From positions 38,431 to 62,430 of the forward strand of contig FLQS01000018.1 of the NCBI GenBank assembly GCA_900078375.1: a DNA stretch of 24,000 nt, written 5' to 3'. The translations under genes and the position numbers were made by a program. This document shows, piece by piece, positions 23,781-24,000 of this stretch; the first letter of the stretch is position 1; each line of letters begins with the position of its first letter. The notes beneath the pieces were generated by a model that had not been told where the DNA came from, did not search any database, and worked only from the letters and a program-made list of their open reading frames with translations. Source of the stretch: an uncultured Mycobacterium sp. Its GTDB lineage: Bacteria > Actinomycetota > Actinomycetes > Mycobacteriales > Mycobacteriaceae.

Positions 23781-24000
23781 TCAGTCCTCGGGGGTGGGCT
23801 CAGCGTCGCGCTGGGCGACTGCCTCGGGCGCAGCAGCGGATTCTGCGGCTTCGGGGGCTTGCGGCGACTCGGTGTCGCCCGACGGCGGATCGGAATCAGG
23901 CAGCTGCGACACCAGATGCTCGGCGAGCTCGCCGAGCGTCGGGTAATCGAACACCGCAGTCGGGCTGATGTCGAACTTGCCGCCGAACTGGCCGAACAAC
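23781..24000 (-). CDS. C-terminal fragment of a phosphopantetheine-binding carrier (ACP/PCP-like) domain protein with an acidic/Pro-rich tail; the gene continues beyond the window
   Basis: ...FGQFGGKFDISPTAVFDYPTLGELAEHLVSQL resembles helices 3-4 of PKS/NRPS carrier domains (xxFDYPTxxxLAxxL). A PDSDPPSGDTESPQAPEAAESAAAPEAVAQRDAEPTPED tail follows. The frame stays open to the window edge; the track TTG start at 23999 is an artefact. Confidence 0.5.
   Translation of the reverse strand, partial: LFGQFGGKFDISPTAVFDYPTLGELAEHLVSQLPDSDPPSGDTESPQAPEAAESAAAPEAVAQRDAEPTPED

Noticed and set aside
1-24000. Scan for tRNA/rRNA genes, CRISPR arrays, IS elements/transposases, integrases, toxin-antitoxin pairs and known defence-system genes
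   Set aside because: I saw no T-loop-like GGTTCGA-type sequences with cloverleaf context and no regularly spaced repeats. None of the plausible ORFs has transposase, integrase, nuclease or ATPase defence signatures. The vapBC24 slot is occupied by the MarR-methyltransferase pair instead.

Overview
High-GC Mycobacterium-type chromosomal window with strong GC3 bias. The backbone follows the M. tuberculosis Rv0226c-Rv0244c envelope/lipid region (gene order recalled from memory, not checked here). In order: Rv0226c-like membrane protein (partial), Rv0227c-like DUF3068 protein, Rv0228-like acyltransferase, php, aftD, Rv0236A-like small protein, lpqI, a TetR regulator, htdX, fabG4, fadA2, fadE5. 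Content that differs from that reference order: (i) a tightly coupled GT1 glycosyltransferase / maltokinase-like (candidate glucosamine) kinase / double-SIS operon behind the acyltransferase; (ii) an acyl-CoA ligase translationally coupled to php, with php directly abutting aftD (the Rv0231-Rv0235c block is absent); (iii) a divergent MarR-methyltransferase pair where M. tuberculosis has vapBC24; (iv) an alpha/beta hydrolase between fadA2 and fadE5; (v) a carrier-domain gene at the right edge. Non-coding calls: a candidate F6/ncRv10243-like sRNA with a SigF-like promoter downstream of fadA2, several hairpin terminators, and dyad or direct-repeat candidate operator sites in divergent promoters. 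The clearest sequence oddity is in aftD: its 84 conserved N-terminal codons contain no in-frame ATG, GTG or TTG, and the only plausible initiator is an ATC preceded by GGAGG. I saw no rRNA, tRNA, CRISPR array, IS/transposase, prophage or recognisable defence genes. All family assignments rest on motifs read by eye and on remembered synteny; no database search was run.
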